Assembly (NCBI GenBank): GCA_038255685.1
Contig: JBBSLC010000001.1
Coordinates: 1 to 56,566 of the forward strand
Reading direction: 5' to 3'
DNA length: 56,566 nucleotides
From: Acidimicrobiales bacterium
Lineage (GTDB): Bacteria > Actinomycetota > Acidimicrobiia > Acidimicrobiales > CADCSY01
The notes beneath the pieces were generated by a model. The model saw only the letters and a program-made list of their open reading frames with translations. It had not been told where the DNA came from and made no database searches. Position 1 is the stretch's first letter, and each line of letters starts with the position of its first letter. A program made the position numbers and the translations under genes. Shown here piece by piece: positions 44,152-53,033 of the stretch.

Positions 44152-44265
44152 TCAGAGCGAGCCGCTCGCGTCGATGCCCTCGAGGAGCACTCGGCGGAGC
44201 ACCTTGCCGGTCGTGGTCCTGGGCAGCTCGTCGATGAGCTCGACGTCGATGTCGCCGGTGCTCAT
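44152..44265 (-). pseudogene. AMP-dependent ligase C-terminal relic (37 codons)
   Basis: MSTGDIDVELIDELPRTTTGKVLRRVLLEGIDASGSL* equals the terminal ...vdelPrt.tGKvlRr.L motif of acyl-CoA synthetases. No upstream body is present. Confidence 0.5.
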
Positions 44266-44319
44266 CCCTGTGCGCCCAGATCGCTCCCTTCGGTCGGCGC
44301 AGATCGCACCCTCGGCTAC

Positions 44320-45843
44320 TCAGCCGGGGCTGCCGACCATGTCCCCCTGCTGGCTGGTCTGCGGGTTGGAGAGCTCGAGGCCCTCATCGTCGATCGGGCG
44401 CAGCTTCATGGCCCGGAAGTCCTTGAGGTAGCTCTGGTGCACCTGCCACGGAAAGCCAGATCCCTGCTTCGGCATCCGGTCGGCCGCACGCCTCATGTAG
44501 CCGGACTGCAACCCGAGGAGCGGCTCGGCGCTCACCGACGGATCGTCGTTGACGGGCATGGACTGACGAAGGCCTACGCCGCGCAGGTGGTTGAGCAGCC
44601 TGCACACGGAGGTCGCGGTGAGATCGCACTTCAGCGTCCACGACGCGTTCGTGTACCCGATGGCGAACGCCAGGTTCGGCACCCCCTCCAGCATCATCCC
44701 CTTGTACGTCAGCTTCCCTGCGACCTCGACGGGCTCGCCGTCGACCGACAGGTCGATGCCGCCGAGGAAGAGCATCTCGAGGCCCGTGGCGGTCACGATG
44801 ACGTCGGCCTCCAGCTCCTCCCCTGATGCCAGCAGGATTCCCCCTTCGGTGAACGTGTCGATGGTGTCGGTCACCACCGACGCCGTCCCGGACCTGATGG
44901 CCCGGAACAGGTCGCCGTCGGGCACCATGCACATCCGCTCGTCCCACGGGTCGTAGCGGGGGGTGAAGTGAGTGTCGACGTCGTAGCCGCGCGGCAGCTG
45001 GAGGCGCACGCCGAAGCGCAACGCGCGCTTGACCGGTCCGGGGTGCCGTCGGCTGAGCCGGTAGGCGCCTTGCGTCGCGAGCGCGTGCAGCCACCGGATC
45101 GCCGGTCCGGCGACACGGGCAGGGAGGATGCGGCGCAAGGCGGCCACCAACGGGTTCCTGGTCGGCAGCGTGGCGATGTAGGTGGGCGAGCGCTGGAGCA
45201 TCGTGACGTGCGCCGCCGACTGCGACATGGACGGGACGAGCGTCACGGCCGTCGCCCCGCTGCCGATCACCACCACCCGCTTGCCGGCGTGGTCGAGGTC
45301 TTCGGGCCACGACTGGGGGTGGACGATCTCGCCGGAGAAGCGGTCCATCCCCGGGAAGTCGGGGAGGTACCCGCGGTCGTAGCGGTAGTAGCCGCTGCAG
45401 GAGAAGAGGAACCCGCAGGTGAGCTCGACCACCTCGCCGCTGTCGGTGCGCTCGGCGGTGACGTGCCAGCGCGCCTCCTCCGTCGACCAGGCGGCCCGGA
45501 TGATGCGGTGGTTGAACCGGATGTGGCGGTCGATTCCCTCCTCGCGGGCCGTGTCCTCGATGTAGCGCAGGATCGAGCCGCCGTCGGCGATCATCGTGTC
45601 GCTGTCCCAGGGTCGGAACGGGAAGCCGAGGGTGAACATGTCGGAGTCCGACCGCACCCCTGGGTACCGGAACAGGTCCCACGTCCCCCCGATCGCGCCG
45701 CGAGCCTCGAAGATGGCGTAGCTGGCCCAGGGGGTGTCCGTCTGGAGGTGGTGGCCGGCGCAGACACCCGAGAGGCCGGCACCCACGACGAGGACGTCGA
45801 GGTGTTCGACGGCTCCCGGGTCGCCGAGCGTGGTGCCGCTCAC
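44320..45843 (-). CDS. type I Baeyer-Villiger / flavin-containing monooxygenase (EthA/AlmA-like)
   Basis: GTG 45843 overlaps the upstream stop (GTGA). VLVVGAGLSGV, BVMO fingerprint FSGEIVHPQSW, second Rossmann VVVIGSGATA. Confidence 0.88.
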   Translation of the reverse strand: MSGTTLGDPGAVEHLDVLVVGAGLSGVCAGHHLQTDTPWASYAIFEARGAIGGTWDLFRYPGVRSDSDMFTLGFPFRPWDSDTMIADGGSILRYIEDTAREEGIDRHIRFNHRIIRAAWSTEEARWHVTAERTDSGEVVELTCGFLFSCSGYYRYDRGYLPDFPGMDRFSGEIVHPQSWPEDLDHAGKRVVVIGSGATAVTLVPSMSQSAAHVTMLQRSPTYIATLPTRNPLVAALRRILPARVAGPAIRWLHALATQGAYRLSRRHPGPVKRALRFGVRLQLPRGYDVDTHFTPRYDPWDERMCMVPDGDLFRAIRSGTASVVTDTIDTFTEGGILLASGEELEADVIVTATGLEMLFLGGIDLSVDGEPVEVAGKLTYKGMMLEGVPNLAFAIGYTNASWTLKCDLTATSVCRLLNHLRGVGLRQSMPVNDDPSVSAEPLLGLQSGYMRRAADRMPKQGSGFPWQVHQSYLKDFRAMKLRPIDDEGLELSNPQTSQQGDMVGSPG

Positions 45844-46709
45844 GCCGCGGCACCGGCGAGCTTGTCGCTCAGCGAGCCTTCGGCCCCGAACAGCTCCGAG
45901 CGCCACCGCTCGACCAGCGCACCGGTGTCCCGGTCGTCGGGATGGAACCCCGGCCGGTTGTAGGCACGGAGCCGGTCCCACAGCTCACGGCTGATCATGG
46001 GCGATCGCCAGAAGCCACGCAGGCTCCGGTAGAGGGCGATGGGCCGGCGGCTCGACGGGTCACCGAGGAGCGAGACCGCCAGTGCGAGCGACATCCCCAC
46101 GATGAACCCCACGGTGACGATGTTCATCGTCACCACTCGCATCCGCTCGGTGCCGCCGACCGTCCGGTACACGTCGAAGGCGACCGCCTTGTGCTCCGAC
46201 TCCTCCAGCGCGTGCCACAGGAAGAGGTTCTTCACCTCGTCATGGCCGAAGAGCCTGCGCGTCTCCTCGTCGTCGAGCACGAGCTCGGCGAGCGTGGCCG
46301 TGAAGTGCTCGAGGGCGGCCGTGGCCGCGAGGTTCGCCTTGGGCGAGGCCACCCGCTCACGCAGCCCCAGTGCCCCCTTGGTGATCCGCTCGAAACGCCT
46401 CGTCGGGTAACCCAGCTCGTCGAGGCGGCGGTTGAACGCCCGGTGCTCGCGCCCGTGCATCGCCTCCTGCCCGATGAACCCGGCCACCTGCTGCTTCAGG
46501 TCGTGGTCGGTGATCTCGTCGCGGAAGTGACGCACGGAGCGCACGAAGAAGTCCTCGCCATCGGGGAAGACCGACGACAGCGAGGCAGCGACGTGGCTCA
46601 GCACGAGATCACCGTCGGCGGCGAAGTGCCGGGGCACCTCTTTCAGGGACTCCTCGAAGGAGATGCGCCGGGTCGGCACCTTCCGGTCAGGACCGGGGGA
46701 CGAGGACAT
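45840..46709 (-). CDS. 'predicted metal-dependent hydrolase' family protein with two ExxH motifs, paralog 2
   Basis: AGGAGG RBS then ATG 46709. GFIGQEAMHGREHR, AALEHFTATLA, LWHALEESEHKAVAFDVY, then a hydrophobic helix. Confidence 0.8.
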   Translation of the reverse strand: MSSSPGPDRKVPTRRISFEESLKEVPRHFAADGDLVLSHVAASLSSVFPDGEDFFVRSVRHFRDEITDHDLKQQVAGFIGQEAMHGREHRAFNRRLDELGYPTRRFERITKGALGLRERVASPKANLAATAALEHFTATLAELVLDDEETRRLFGHDEVKNLFLWHALEESEHKAVAFDVYRTVGGTERMRVVTMNIVTVGFIVGMSLALAVSLLGDPSSRRPIALYRSLRGFWRSPMISRELWDRLRAYNRPGFHPDDRDTGALVERWRSELFGAEGSLSDKLAGAAA

Positions 46710-46748
46710 GGGGGAACCTCCTGCGTGGGGAGACGAGCGACCGCAACA

Positions 46749-46763
46749 ATGCAACGTAGTTGC
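46749..46763. promoter_or_regulatory. GCAAC-GTA-GTTGC inverted repeat overlapping a TTGCAT (minus-sense) element upstream of 45840-46709
   Basis: Minus-sense sequence ...ACGTTGCATTGTTGCGG... lies 40-45 nt upstream of ATG 46709. It shares CAATGCAAC with 42553-42561. Confidence 0.3.
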
Positions 46764-46783
46764 CCCCTTGTCTCAGCGACAAC

Positions 46784-47404
46784 TCAGCGCACGGGGTCGT
46801 CCTCGTCGGCGAAGGCTCGGCGACAGGCGTCGATCGACCGTGCGATGTAGGGGCGCAGCGGTCCCGTCGCCCCGGCGTCGATCCACGAACGGAACGCCAC
46901 GCCGAGCGACGACAGCAAGGCCGCTGAGGTCGCCCGGAGGTCGAGATCGCCGGGATCGACGCCATGGCGGCTGGCGAGCGTCTCCACGATCTCCTGCTCG
47001 AGCTGCTGGAGGAGCACGCGCTGGAAGTCGAGGACGCCCGACTCCTCCTTCGAGAGGCGGTGGACCAACCGCATCCGCTCGCCGTCGGCGGCGAGCTGGT
47101 CGCCCACCTCGATCAGCACGCTCAGGAGGCTCCGATGTGGCGCCTCGCCGGTCGGTCGTGCGAGGAGCCTGCCTCGCACCTGGCCGACCACCTCACCGGC
47201 GTCGTGGTAGACGACTGCCTCCTTGGTGGCGAAGTAGCGGAAGAACGTCCGCGGGGCGACGTCGGCACGGGCGGCGATCTCGTCGATGGTGGTGGCTGCG
47301 AAGCCCCGCTCGGCGAAGAGCTCGAGCGCCGCGCTCACGAGTGCACGACGGGTGCGGTCGGCGTGGCGCTGGCGCAACGACGGCATCGGCAGCTGACCTC
47401 CCAC
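46784..47404 (-). CDS. TetR/AcrR family transcriptional regulator
   Basis: HTH: LVSAALELFAERGFAATTIDEIAARADVAPRTFFRYFATKE. Confidence 0.9.
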   Translation of the reverse strand: MGGQLPMPSLRQRHADRTRRALVSAALELFAERGFAATTIDEIAARADVAPRTFFRYFATKEAVVYHDAGEVVGQVRGRLLARPTGEAPHRSLLSVLIEVGDQLAADGERMRLVHRLSKEESGVLDFQRVLLQQLEQEIVETLASRHGVDPGDLDLRATSAALLSSLGVAFRSWIDAGATGPLRPYIARSIDACRRAFADEDDPVR

Positions 47405-47443
47405 GCCGGGGAGGGTAGCCGATGGCCGTGTTTCGCTGCACCT

Positions 47444-47487
47444 ATGCCATGTGACACGTATGACATTTGTCGCTCATGCCAAGTGAC
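47444..47487. promoter_or_regulatory. direct repeats ATGCCA(T/A)GTGAC spaced 32 bp in the TetR/MMPL divergent region
   Basis: 47444-47455 and 47476-47487 match at 11 of 12 positions. The region is locally AT-richer. Confidence 0.35.
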
Positions 47488-47553
47488 GCCTGTGCCGTTA
47501 CGATGGTTCGAACCCCCTGGCCCTCTCGGCCGATCTCCCCGAAGGAGCCCACG

Positions 47554-49767
47554 ATGGCAACGCTTCTCTACCGACTCGGTCAGCTCTGCGTGCGCCGCCG
47601 GCGGACCGTGCTCATCGGTTGGGCGGTCCTGCTCGTCGGTGTCGCTGCCGGGTCGGTGGCGCTCGGCGGCGAGACGAGCGAGGATCTCTCGCTCCCCGGC
47701 ACCGAGTCGCAGGAGGCCTTCGACCTCCTCGAGGAGCGCTTCCCCGAGCAGGGTGGCTCCTCGACCCGGGTCGTGATCGCCGCCCCGGCAGGCGCTTCGC
47801 TGGACGACCCGGCGACTGCACGCGCGATCGAGACCACCTTCGAGGAGCTCGCAGCGGTCGACGGGGTGTCGCTCGCCACCGCTCCTGCGCCCGGGTCGGT
47901 CTCACCCGACGGCCTGGTGACCTTCGGTGAGGTCCGCTACCCCCTCGGGCCCCTCGAGGTCGAGGACTCGACCATCGCGGGCGTCGAGGCCGCGGTCGAG
48001 CCGGCCCGGGCGGTCGGCCTCGCCGTCGAGTTCGGGGGCGACGTCGTCCCCGGCCGCACGATGGAGCCGCCGTCGTCGGAGGCGCTCGGCCTCGTCGTCG
48101 CGATGGTCATCCTGCTCGTCTCGTTCGGCTCGGTGCTCGCCATGGGCCTGCCCATCCTGACCGCACTCGTCGGCCTGGGGATCGGGATCGCCGGCATCGG
48201 GGTGCTGTCCGCCTTCACCGAGCTGCCGTCGATCGCACCCACCCTCGCCGTCATGATCGGCCTGGCCGTGGGCATCGACTACGCGCTGTTCATCGTCACG
48301 CGGCATCGGCAGAACATCGCCTTGGGCATGGACGTCGAGGAGTCGGTGGCGCGGGCCAACGGGACCGCTGGCGGTGCCGTGGTCTTCGCCGGCATGACCG
48401 TCGTCATCGCCATCGCCGGCCTCAGCGTGGTCGGCATCCCGTTCCTGACGGTCATGGGCCTGGCAGCCGCCGCCACCGTGGCCGTGGCCGTGGCCGTGGC
48501 GATCACCCTCCTGCCCGCGCTGCTCGGCTTCGCCGGCGCCAACATCGACCGCTTGCGGGTCCCCGGCATCAAGGCGCGCACCGGTGGCGCCGAGGAGGGA
48601 CCCACGCTCGGTGCTCGCTGGGCGGCGTGGGTCACGCACCACCGCGGGCCGTCGCTCATCGGTGGGGTCCTCGTCATGGCGCTGCTGGCGGCCCCTGTCG
48701 CATCGATGCGACTCGGCCTGCCCGACGACGGCGTCCAACCCGAGTCCTCCACCCAGCGCCGCGCCTACGACTTGCTCGCCGAAGGGTTCGGTCCCGGTTT
48801 CAACGCGCCGCTCACGGTGGTGGTCGACCTCAGCACGGCGGCGGTCGGCACCGACGAGGCGCTCGGCGCGGTTCGCGAGGCCGTGGCCGGCACCGACGGG
48901 GTGCTGTTCGCCGACGAGCCCGTCGTCAGCCCCGGCGGGGACACCGCCATCCTCATCGCCATCCCCGAGACCGGTCCCGCCGACGCGGCGACGGAGGCGC
49001 TCATCCGCCACGTGCGCGGGGACGTCCTCCCCCAAGTCGAGCAGGACCAGGGCGTCCGGGTGGCGGTGACCGGCTCCACCGCCCTCGGCATCGACATCTC
49101 CGACAAGCTCGCGGACGCCCTGCCCCTGTTCATGGTCATCGTGATCGGGTTGATCTTCCTGCTGCTCCTGGTCGTGTTCCGGTCGATCCTCATCCCGGTC
49201 AAGGCTGCGCTCGCCATCCTCGTCTCGATCGGCTCGGCCTTCGGCGTCGTGGTGGCGATCTTCCAGTGGGGCTGGCTGAAGGACGTCGTCGGCCTGCAGG
49301 AGACGCTGCCCATCATCAGCTTCCTGCCGCTGATGATGTTCGCCATCCTCTTCGGCCTGTCGATGGACTACGAGCTGTTCATCCTGTCGCGGGTCCGCGA
49401 GGAGTACGTCCACACGGGCGACCCGCAGGGCGCGGTCTTGACCGGGCTCGCCAGCTCGGCGCGGGTGATCACCGCCGCCGCGCTGATCATGGTCAGCGTC
49501 TTCGGCGCCTTCGTCCTCGGCGACGATCCCATCATCAAGATGTTCGGCGTGGGGTTGTCCGTCGCCGTCCTGCTCGACGCCACCATCGTGCGCATGGTGA
49601 TCGTGCCAGCCACCCTCTCGCTGTTCGACGAGCGGGCGTGGTGGCTCCCCGGCTGGCTCGACCGGCTCCTTCCCGATGTCGACATCGAAGGCGCGCGGCT
49701 CTTGGAGCACCTCTCCGAGCGCGATGCGGCGCTCACCGAGTCCGACGAGCAGCCGGCCCTCGTCTGA
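47554..49767 (+). CDS. MMPL family (RND superfamily) transporter
   Basis: GAAGGAG RBS then ATG 47554. Two 6-TM bundles with GIDYALFIVTRHRQ and GLSMDYELFILSRVREE. Confidence 0.9.
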   Translation: MATLLYRLGQLCVRRRRTVLIGWAVLLVGVAAGSVALGGETSEDLSLPGTESQEAFDLLEERFPEQGGSSTRVVIAAPAGASLDDPATARAIETTFEELAAVDGVSLATAPAPGSVSPDGLVTFGEVRYPLGPLEVEDSTIAGVEAAVEPARAVGLAVEFGGDVVPGRTMEPPSSEALGLVVAMVILLVSFGSVLAMGLPILTALVGLGIGIAGIGVLSAFTELPSIAPTLAVMIGLAVGIDYALFIVTRHRQNIALGMDVEESVARANGTAGGAVVFAGMTVVIAIAGLSVVGIPFLTVMGLAAAATVAVAVAVAITLLPALLGFAGANIDRLRVPGIKARTGGAEEGPTLGARWAAWVTHHRGPSLIGGVLVMALLAAPVASMRLGLPDDGVQPESSTQRRAYDLLAEGFGPGFNAPLTVVVDLSTAAVGTDEALGAVREAVAGTDGVLFADEPVVSPGGDTAILIAIPETGPADAATEALIRHVRGDVLPQVEQDQGVRVAVTGSTALGIDISDKLADALPLFMVIVIGLIFLLLLVVFRSILIPVKAALAILVSIGSAFGVVVAIFQWGWLKDVVGLQETLPIISFLPLMMFAILFGLSMDYELFILSRVREEYVHTGDPQGAVLTGLASSARVITAAALIMVSVFGAFVLGDDPIIKMFGVGLSVAVLLDATIVRMVIVPATLSLFDERAWWLPGWLDRLLPDVDIEGARLLEHLSERDAALTESDEQPALV

Positions 49768-49793
49768 CCGCCGGCCAGACGGGTGATCTCGGC

Positions 49794-51467
49794 TCAGGGC
49801 GACGGCTCGACCGGCACCCGGGCCGTGGGGCGCTGACCGGCGCTGTTGGTGAGGTCGGGCACGTCGGCGTTGTCGTCGCCGAAGGCCGTCTCGAGCGCGG
49901 CGCCGATCGCTTCGCCGTCGGTGACGGCAGGTTCCTCGTCCGCGCCCGTGAGGGTGGTGCGGAGGGGGAGCTCAGGGAGGAGCAGGACGACGAGGAAACC
50001 GACGATGGCGATGGGCACAGCGATGAGGTAGAGGTCCGAGAGGCTGTCGGCGAAGCCACCGAGGACGGCGTCGCGCAGCGGCGCGGGAAGATCCCTGATC
50101 GCGCCGGGGGTGCCGAGCAGGTCGCCGGTGCCGCCACCGGGGGGAGCAAGGTCGGCGGCCCTGAGACGTCGAGGGATGTGGTGCGCCAGCCGGTTGGAGA
50201 GGATGGACCCGAACACGGCCACACCGAGGGCGCCGCCCATCGACCGGAAGAATGTGGCAGCGGACGTCGCGGTCCCGAGATCGCGCTGGTGGACGGCGTT
50301 CTGCGCGGCGAGCACGAGGACCTGCATCACCATGCCGAGCCCGGCGCCGAGGACGACCATGGCGAGGGCGGCGAAGGGAAGCGGGGTGTCGACGTCGAAT
50401 CGGGAGAACCCGAGGAGACCGACGGCGATGATCGGCAGGCCGGCGACGGGGAAGCGCTTGTAGCGACCCGTGCGGCTGATGACCCGGCCTGAGACGATCG
50501 ACATGGTGACCAGGCCGACCATGAGCGGCACGGTCAGCAGCCCTGAGCGGGTGGGGCTCTGGCCCTTGACGATCTGGAGGTACTGGGGCAGGTAGACGAT
50601 GGCGCCGAACATGGCCATGCCGACGATGAACCCGACGATGCTGGTGATCCGGAACGTGGGGATCGCGAACAGCCTGGGGGGGATGATCGGTTCGGGCGCC
50701 CGGCGCTCCTGGAGGACGGCGAGGCCGAGGAGTGCCGCGCTGGTGACGACGAGGCCGATCGTCCCGGGCGCGGTCCAGGCGAGCTCTCTGCCCCCAAGGG
50801 AGAGGACGATCAGGAGGGCGGAGACGCCGCCCACGATGAGGGCGGCGCCGAGGTAGTCGATCTGGTGGGATCGGCGGGTGAGGTCCAAGGGCAGGACCCG
50901 GCTGGTGACGACGAAGGCGGCGACGCCGATGGGGACGCCGACGTAGAAGCACCACCGCCATCCCGGGCCGTCGACGAGGAACCCGCCGATGAGGGGGCCG
51001 CCGACGCTGGCGAGGCCGAACACCGATCCCATGTACCCCTGGTAGCGGCCCCGCTGGCGGGGCGGGACGATGTCGCCGATCACGGCTTGGGAGAGGGCCA
51101 TGAGACCGCCGATGCCCAGACCCTGGACGGCTCGGAACCCGATGAGCTGGGCCATGGACTGCGACAGCCCGCACAGGACGGACCCGACCAGGAACACGCC
51201 GATGGCGATCTGGAAGAGCGGCTTGCGGCCGTAGAGATCGCTGATCTTGCCCCACAGCGGGGTGGATGCCGTCGAGGTCAACAGGGTGGCGCTCACGACC
51301 CACGCCAGCTGGTCCTGGCCACCGAGCTCGCCGACGATCGTCGGCAGCGCCGTGGCGACCACGGTCTGCCCGAGGGCGGCGACGAGCATGCCGAGCATGA
51401 GGCCGCTGAGCACGGCGAGGATCTCCCGGTGGCTCAGCTCGGGGACCGCGGTGCGGGCGTTGTCCAT
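49794..51467 (-). CDS. MFS transporter, DHA2 (EmrB/QacA-like, 14-TMS) family
   Basis: ATG 51467. LPTIVGELGG, GKISDLYGRKPLF, GLGIGG. Long hydrophobic profile with an acidic C-terminal tail. Confidence 0.9.
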   Translation of the reverse strand: MDNARTAVPELSHREILAVLSGLMLGMLVAALGQTVVATALPTIVGELGGQDQLAWVVSATLLTSTASTPLWGKISDLYGRKPLFQIAIGVFLVGSVLCGLSQSMAQLIGFRAVQGLGIGGLMALSQAVIGDIVPPRQRGRYQGYMGSVFGLASVGGPLIGGFLVDGPGWRWCFYVGVPIGVAAFVVTSRVLPLDLTRRSHQIDYLGAALIVGGVSALLIVLSLGGRELAWTAPGTIGLVVTSAALLGLAVLQERRAPEPIIPPRLFAIPTFRITSIVGFIVGMAMFGAIVYLPQYLQIVKGQSPTRSGLLTVPLMVGLVTMSIVSGRVISRTGRYKRFPVAGLPIIAVGLLGFSRFDVDTPLPFAALAMVVLGAGLGMVMQVLVLAAQNAVHQRDLGTATSAATFFRSMGGALGVAVFGSILSNRLAHHIPRRLRAADLAPPGGGTGDLLGTPGAIRDLPAPLRDAVLGGFADSLSDLYLIAVPIAIVGFLVVLLLPELPLRTTLTGADEEPAVTDGEAIGAALETAFGDDNADVPDLTNSAGQRPTARVPVEPSP

Positions 51468-51530
51468 CACAGCTCGACTTTCACGCTGAGGAAAGGGTGA
51501 GGGCGCTGTTGGAGCAGCGCGCCGAAGGTC

Positions 51531-51545
51531 GTTGTACCGTACAAC
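51531..51545. promoter_or_regulatory. perfect palindrome GTTGTAC-C-GTACAAC in the MFS/MarR divergent region
   Basis: 7-bp arms read directly from the sequence. It lies 31 nt upstream of the MarR start. Confidence 0.5.
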
Positions 51546-51575
51546 CTTGCCACGGGGTCGGCTACGCTGGCGGTG

Positions 51576-52118
51576 ATGTCCAGCAGTGGGAAGACGCCCA
51601 CGGGCGAGATCACCGACGCCTTGGGCCGGATCGTGCGCCGTGCGACGCTGCCACGCTTCACCGACCGCGTGGCCGAGCGGGCCGGCACGGCGCTCGACCG
51701 CTCGGCGTACGCCCTGCTCGTCCGCATCGCCGACCGCCCGAGCCGGATCGGCGCGCTGGCGACCATCGTCGGGCTCGACGTGTCGACGGTCAGCCGCCAG
51801 GTCGACGCGCTCGAACAGGCCGGCCTCGCCCACCGACAGCGCCATCCCACCGACCGGCGAGGGTGGCTCGTGGTCATCGACCCGCCAGGTCGCCGGGCGC
51901 TCGACGCTCACCGCCAGGCTCGCGGTGAGATCTTCCACGAGCTGCTCGGCGACCTCGATGCCAGCGATCTCACCACCACCGCGGGAGTGTTGAGCCGCCT
52001 GGCCGCGCGGATCGAAGACGTGTTCGCCGACGAGTCCGGGGACGAGCTGTCGGCCCGGCTCGCGACCCACGACGCAGGAGACGAACCGGAACAGGCCATG
52101 TCCAGCACGACGTTCTGA
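51576..52118 (+). CDS. MarR family transcriptional regulator
   Basis: Winged HTH: LDRSAYALLVRIADRPSRIGALATIVGLDVSTVSRQVDALEQAGLAHRQRHPTDRR. Alternative GTG start at 51573. Confidence 0.88.
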   Translation: MSSSGKTPTGEITDALGRIVRRATLPRFTDRVAERAGTALDRSAYALLVRIADRPSRIGALATIVGLDVSTVSRQVDALEQAGLAHRQRHPTDRRGWLVVIDPPGRRALDAHRQARGEIFHELLGDLDASDLTTTAGVLSRLAARIEDVFADESGDELSARLATHDAGDEPEQAMSSTTF

Positions 52119-52145
52119 CGTGGCGACCAGCGGAGGTTGCCGGTG

Positions 52146-52856
52146 ATGAGGGCCCAACGGAGCCCGACGGTGTTGGACGAGTGGGCGCAGTCGATGACAG
52201 CCGTCATGGAGGTCGCGTGGCTCGCCGCAGCGGTCATCGGTGGTGCGGGGGCGCTGGTCCTGATGTTGTGCCTGAACGCTGACCACCTCGCCGACGCCAG
52301 CGGCTCACGTCGGCACCGTCGGTGGTGGGCACAGCGTCGTGCGGTGCGGTCCTTCGCGACGGCCGCCTGCGGTGGGGACCTTGACACCGCAGAGCGGGCG
52401 GCGGGGCGGATCCTCCGGAGCAACGATGCCGGTGCTCGGGCTGGCTGTGCCTGGGACGAGTCGGTGGTCCTTCCTTGCACCTGGTCCTCGGCGACCGCGT
52501 CGCTGTGCGGCGTCGAGGCGATCGCCCGCCGGTTCCCCGTCTCTCGCCGGGTTGATGGGCACGGAGCGACCGATGTCTTCGTGGGCAGGCACGGCCAGGT
52601 CCAGCTGAGGATGCTCGGCGAGTGGGTGGTGCCCGGCGACGGGGCACACTTCATCGCCGATGCCGGCGGGACGCTCGTGACCGGGCACCTCGTCCTCCAG
52701 AGGCCCACCATCGCCAGCATCTCCGGGGCCGGCGTCGAGGTGAGGGTCCACGTCGAGGTCACCCCGGGTCGCGGGTCGCAGCGCGTCCTGCGGGCGACGA
52801 GGTCGGTGATCAGGACGGGGCTCCGCCGATGGGCCGCTGAGGTTCCCGGGACCTGA
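52146..52856 (+). CDS. hypothetical membrane-anchored protein (no recognisable family)
   Basis: GGAGG at 52132-52136, then GTG 52143 or ATG 52146. One TM helix (AVMEVAWLAAAVIGGAGALVLMLCL) followed by RRHRRWW and a ~180-aa Cys-containing domain. GC3 is coding-like. Confidence 0.55.
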   Translation: MRAQRSPTVLDEWAQSMTAVMEVAWLAAAVIGGAGALVLMLCLNADHLADASGSRRHRRWWAQRRAVRSFATAACGGDLDTAERAAGRILRSNDAGARAGCAWDESVVLPCTWSSATASLCGVEAIARRFPVSRRVDGHGATDVFVGRHGQVQLRMLGEWVVPGDGAHFIADAGGTLVTGHLVLQRPTIASISGAGVEVRVHVEVTPGRGSQRVLRATRSVIRTGLRRWAAEVPGT

Positions 52857-53033
52857 GCGGGGACCTCGTCCGCGTCGCGCCTTGGCGTCGCCTCAGGCGA
52901 GCTCGGCGTCGAGCTCGAGCCGGAGGTGCTCGAGCCCCCGGCGGATGACGGCCCGGATGATCCTGATGGTTCGAGGAGAGGCGCGGCGCCCGGTCGGTCG
53001 GTCAGGCAGGGAGAACAGACAGGGAGAGGGAGA

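Noticed and set aside
52893-52967. Coding-like tail ...TIRIIRAVIRRGLEHLRLELDAELA* on the minus strand just downstream of the LLM oxidoreductase stop, faintly reminiscent of a ribbon-helix-helix antitoxin C-terminus.
   Set aside because: There is no start codon between the upstream stop (53034-53036) and this segment, no partner toxin gene, and the similarity is too vague. At most it is another relic.
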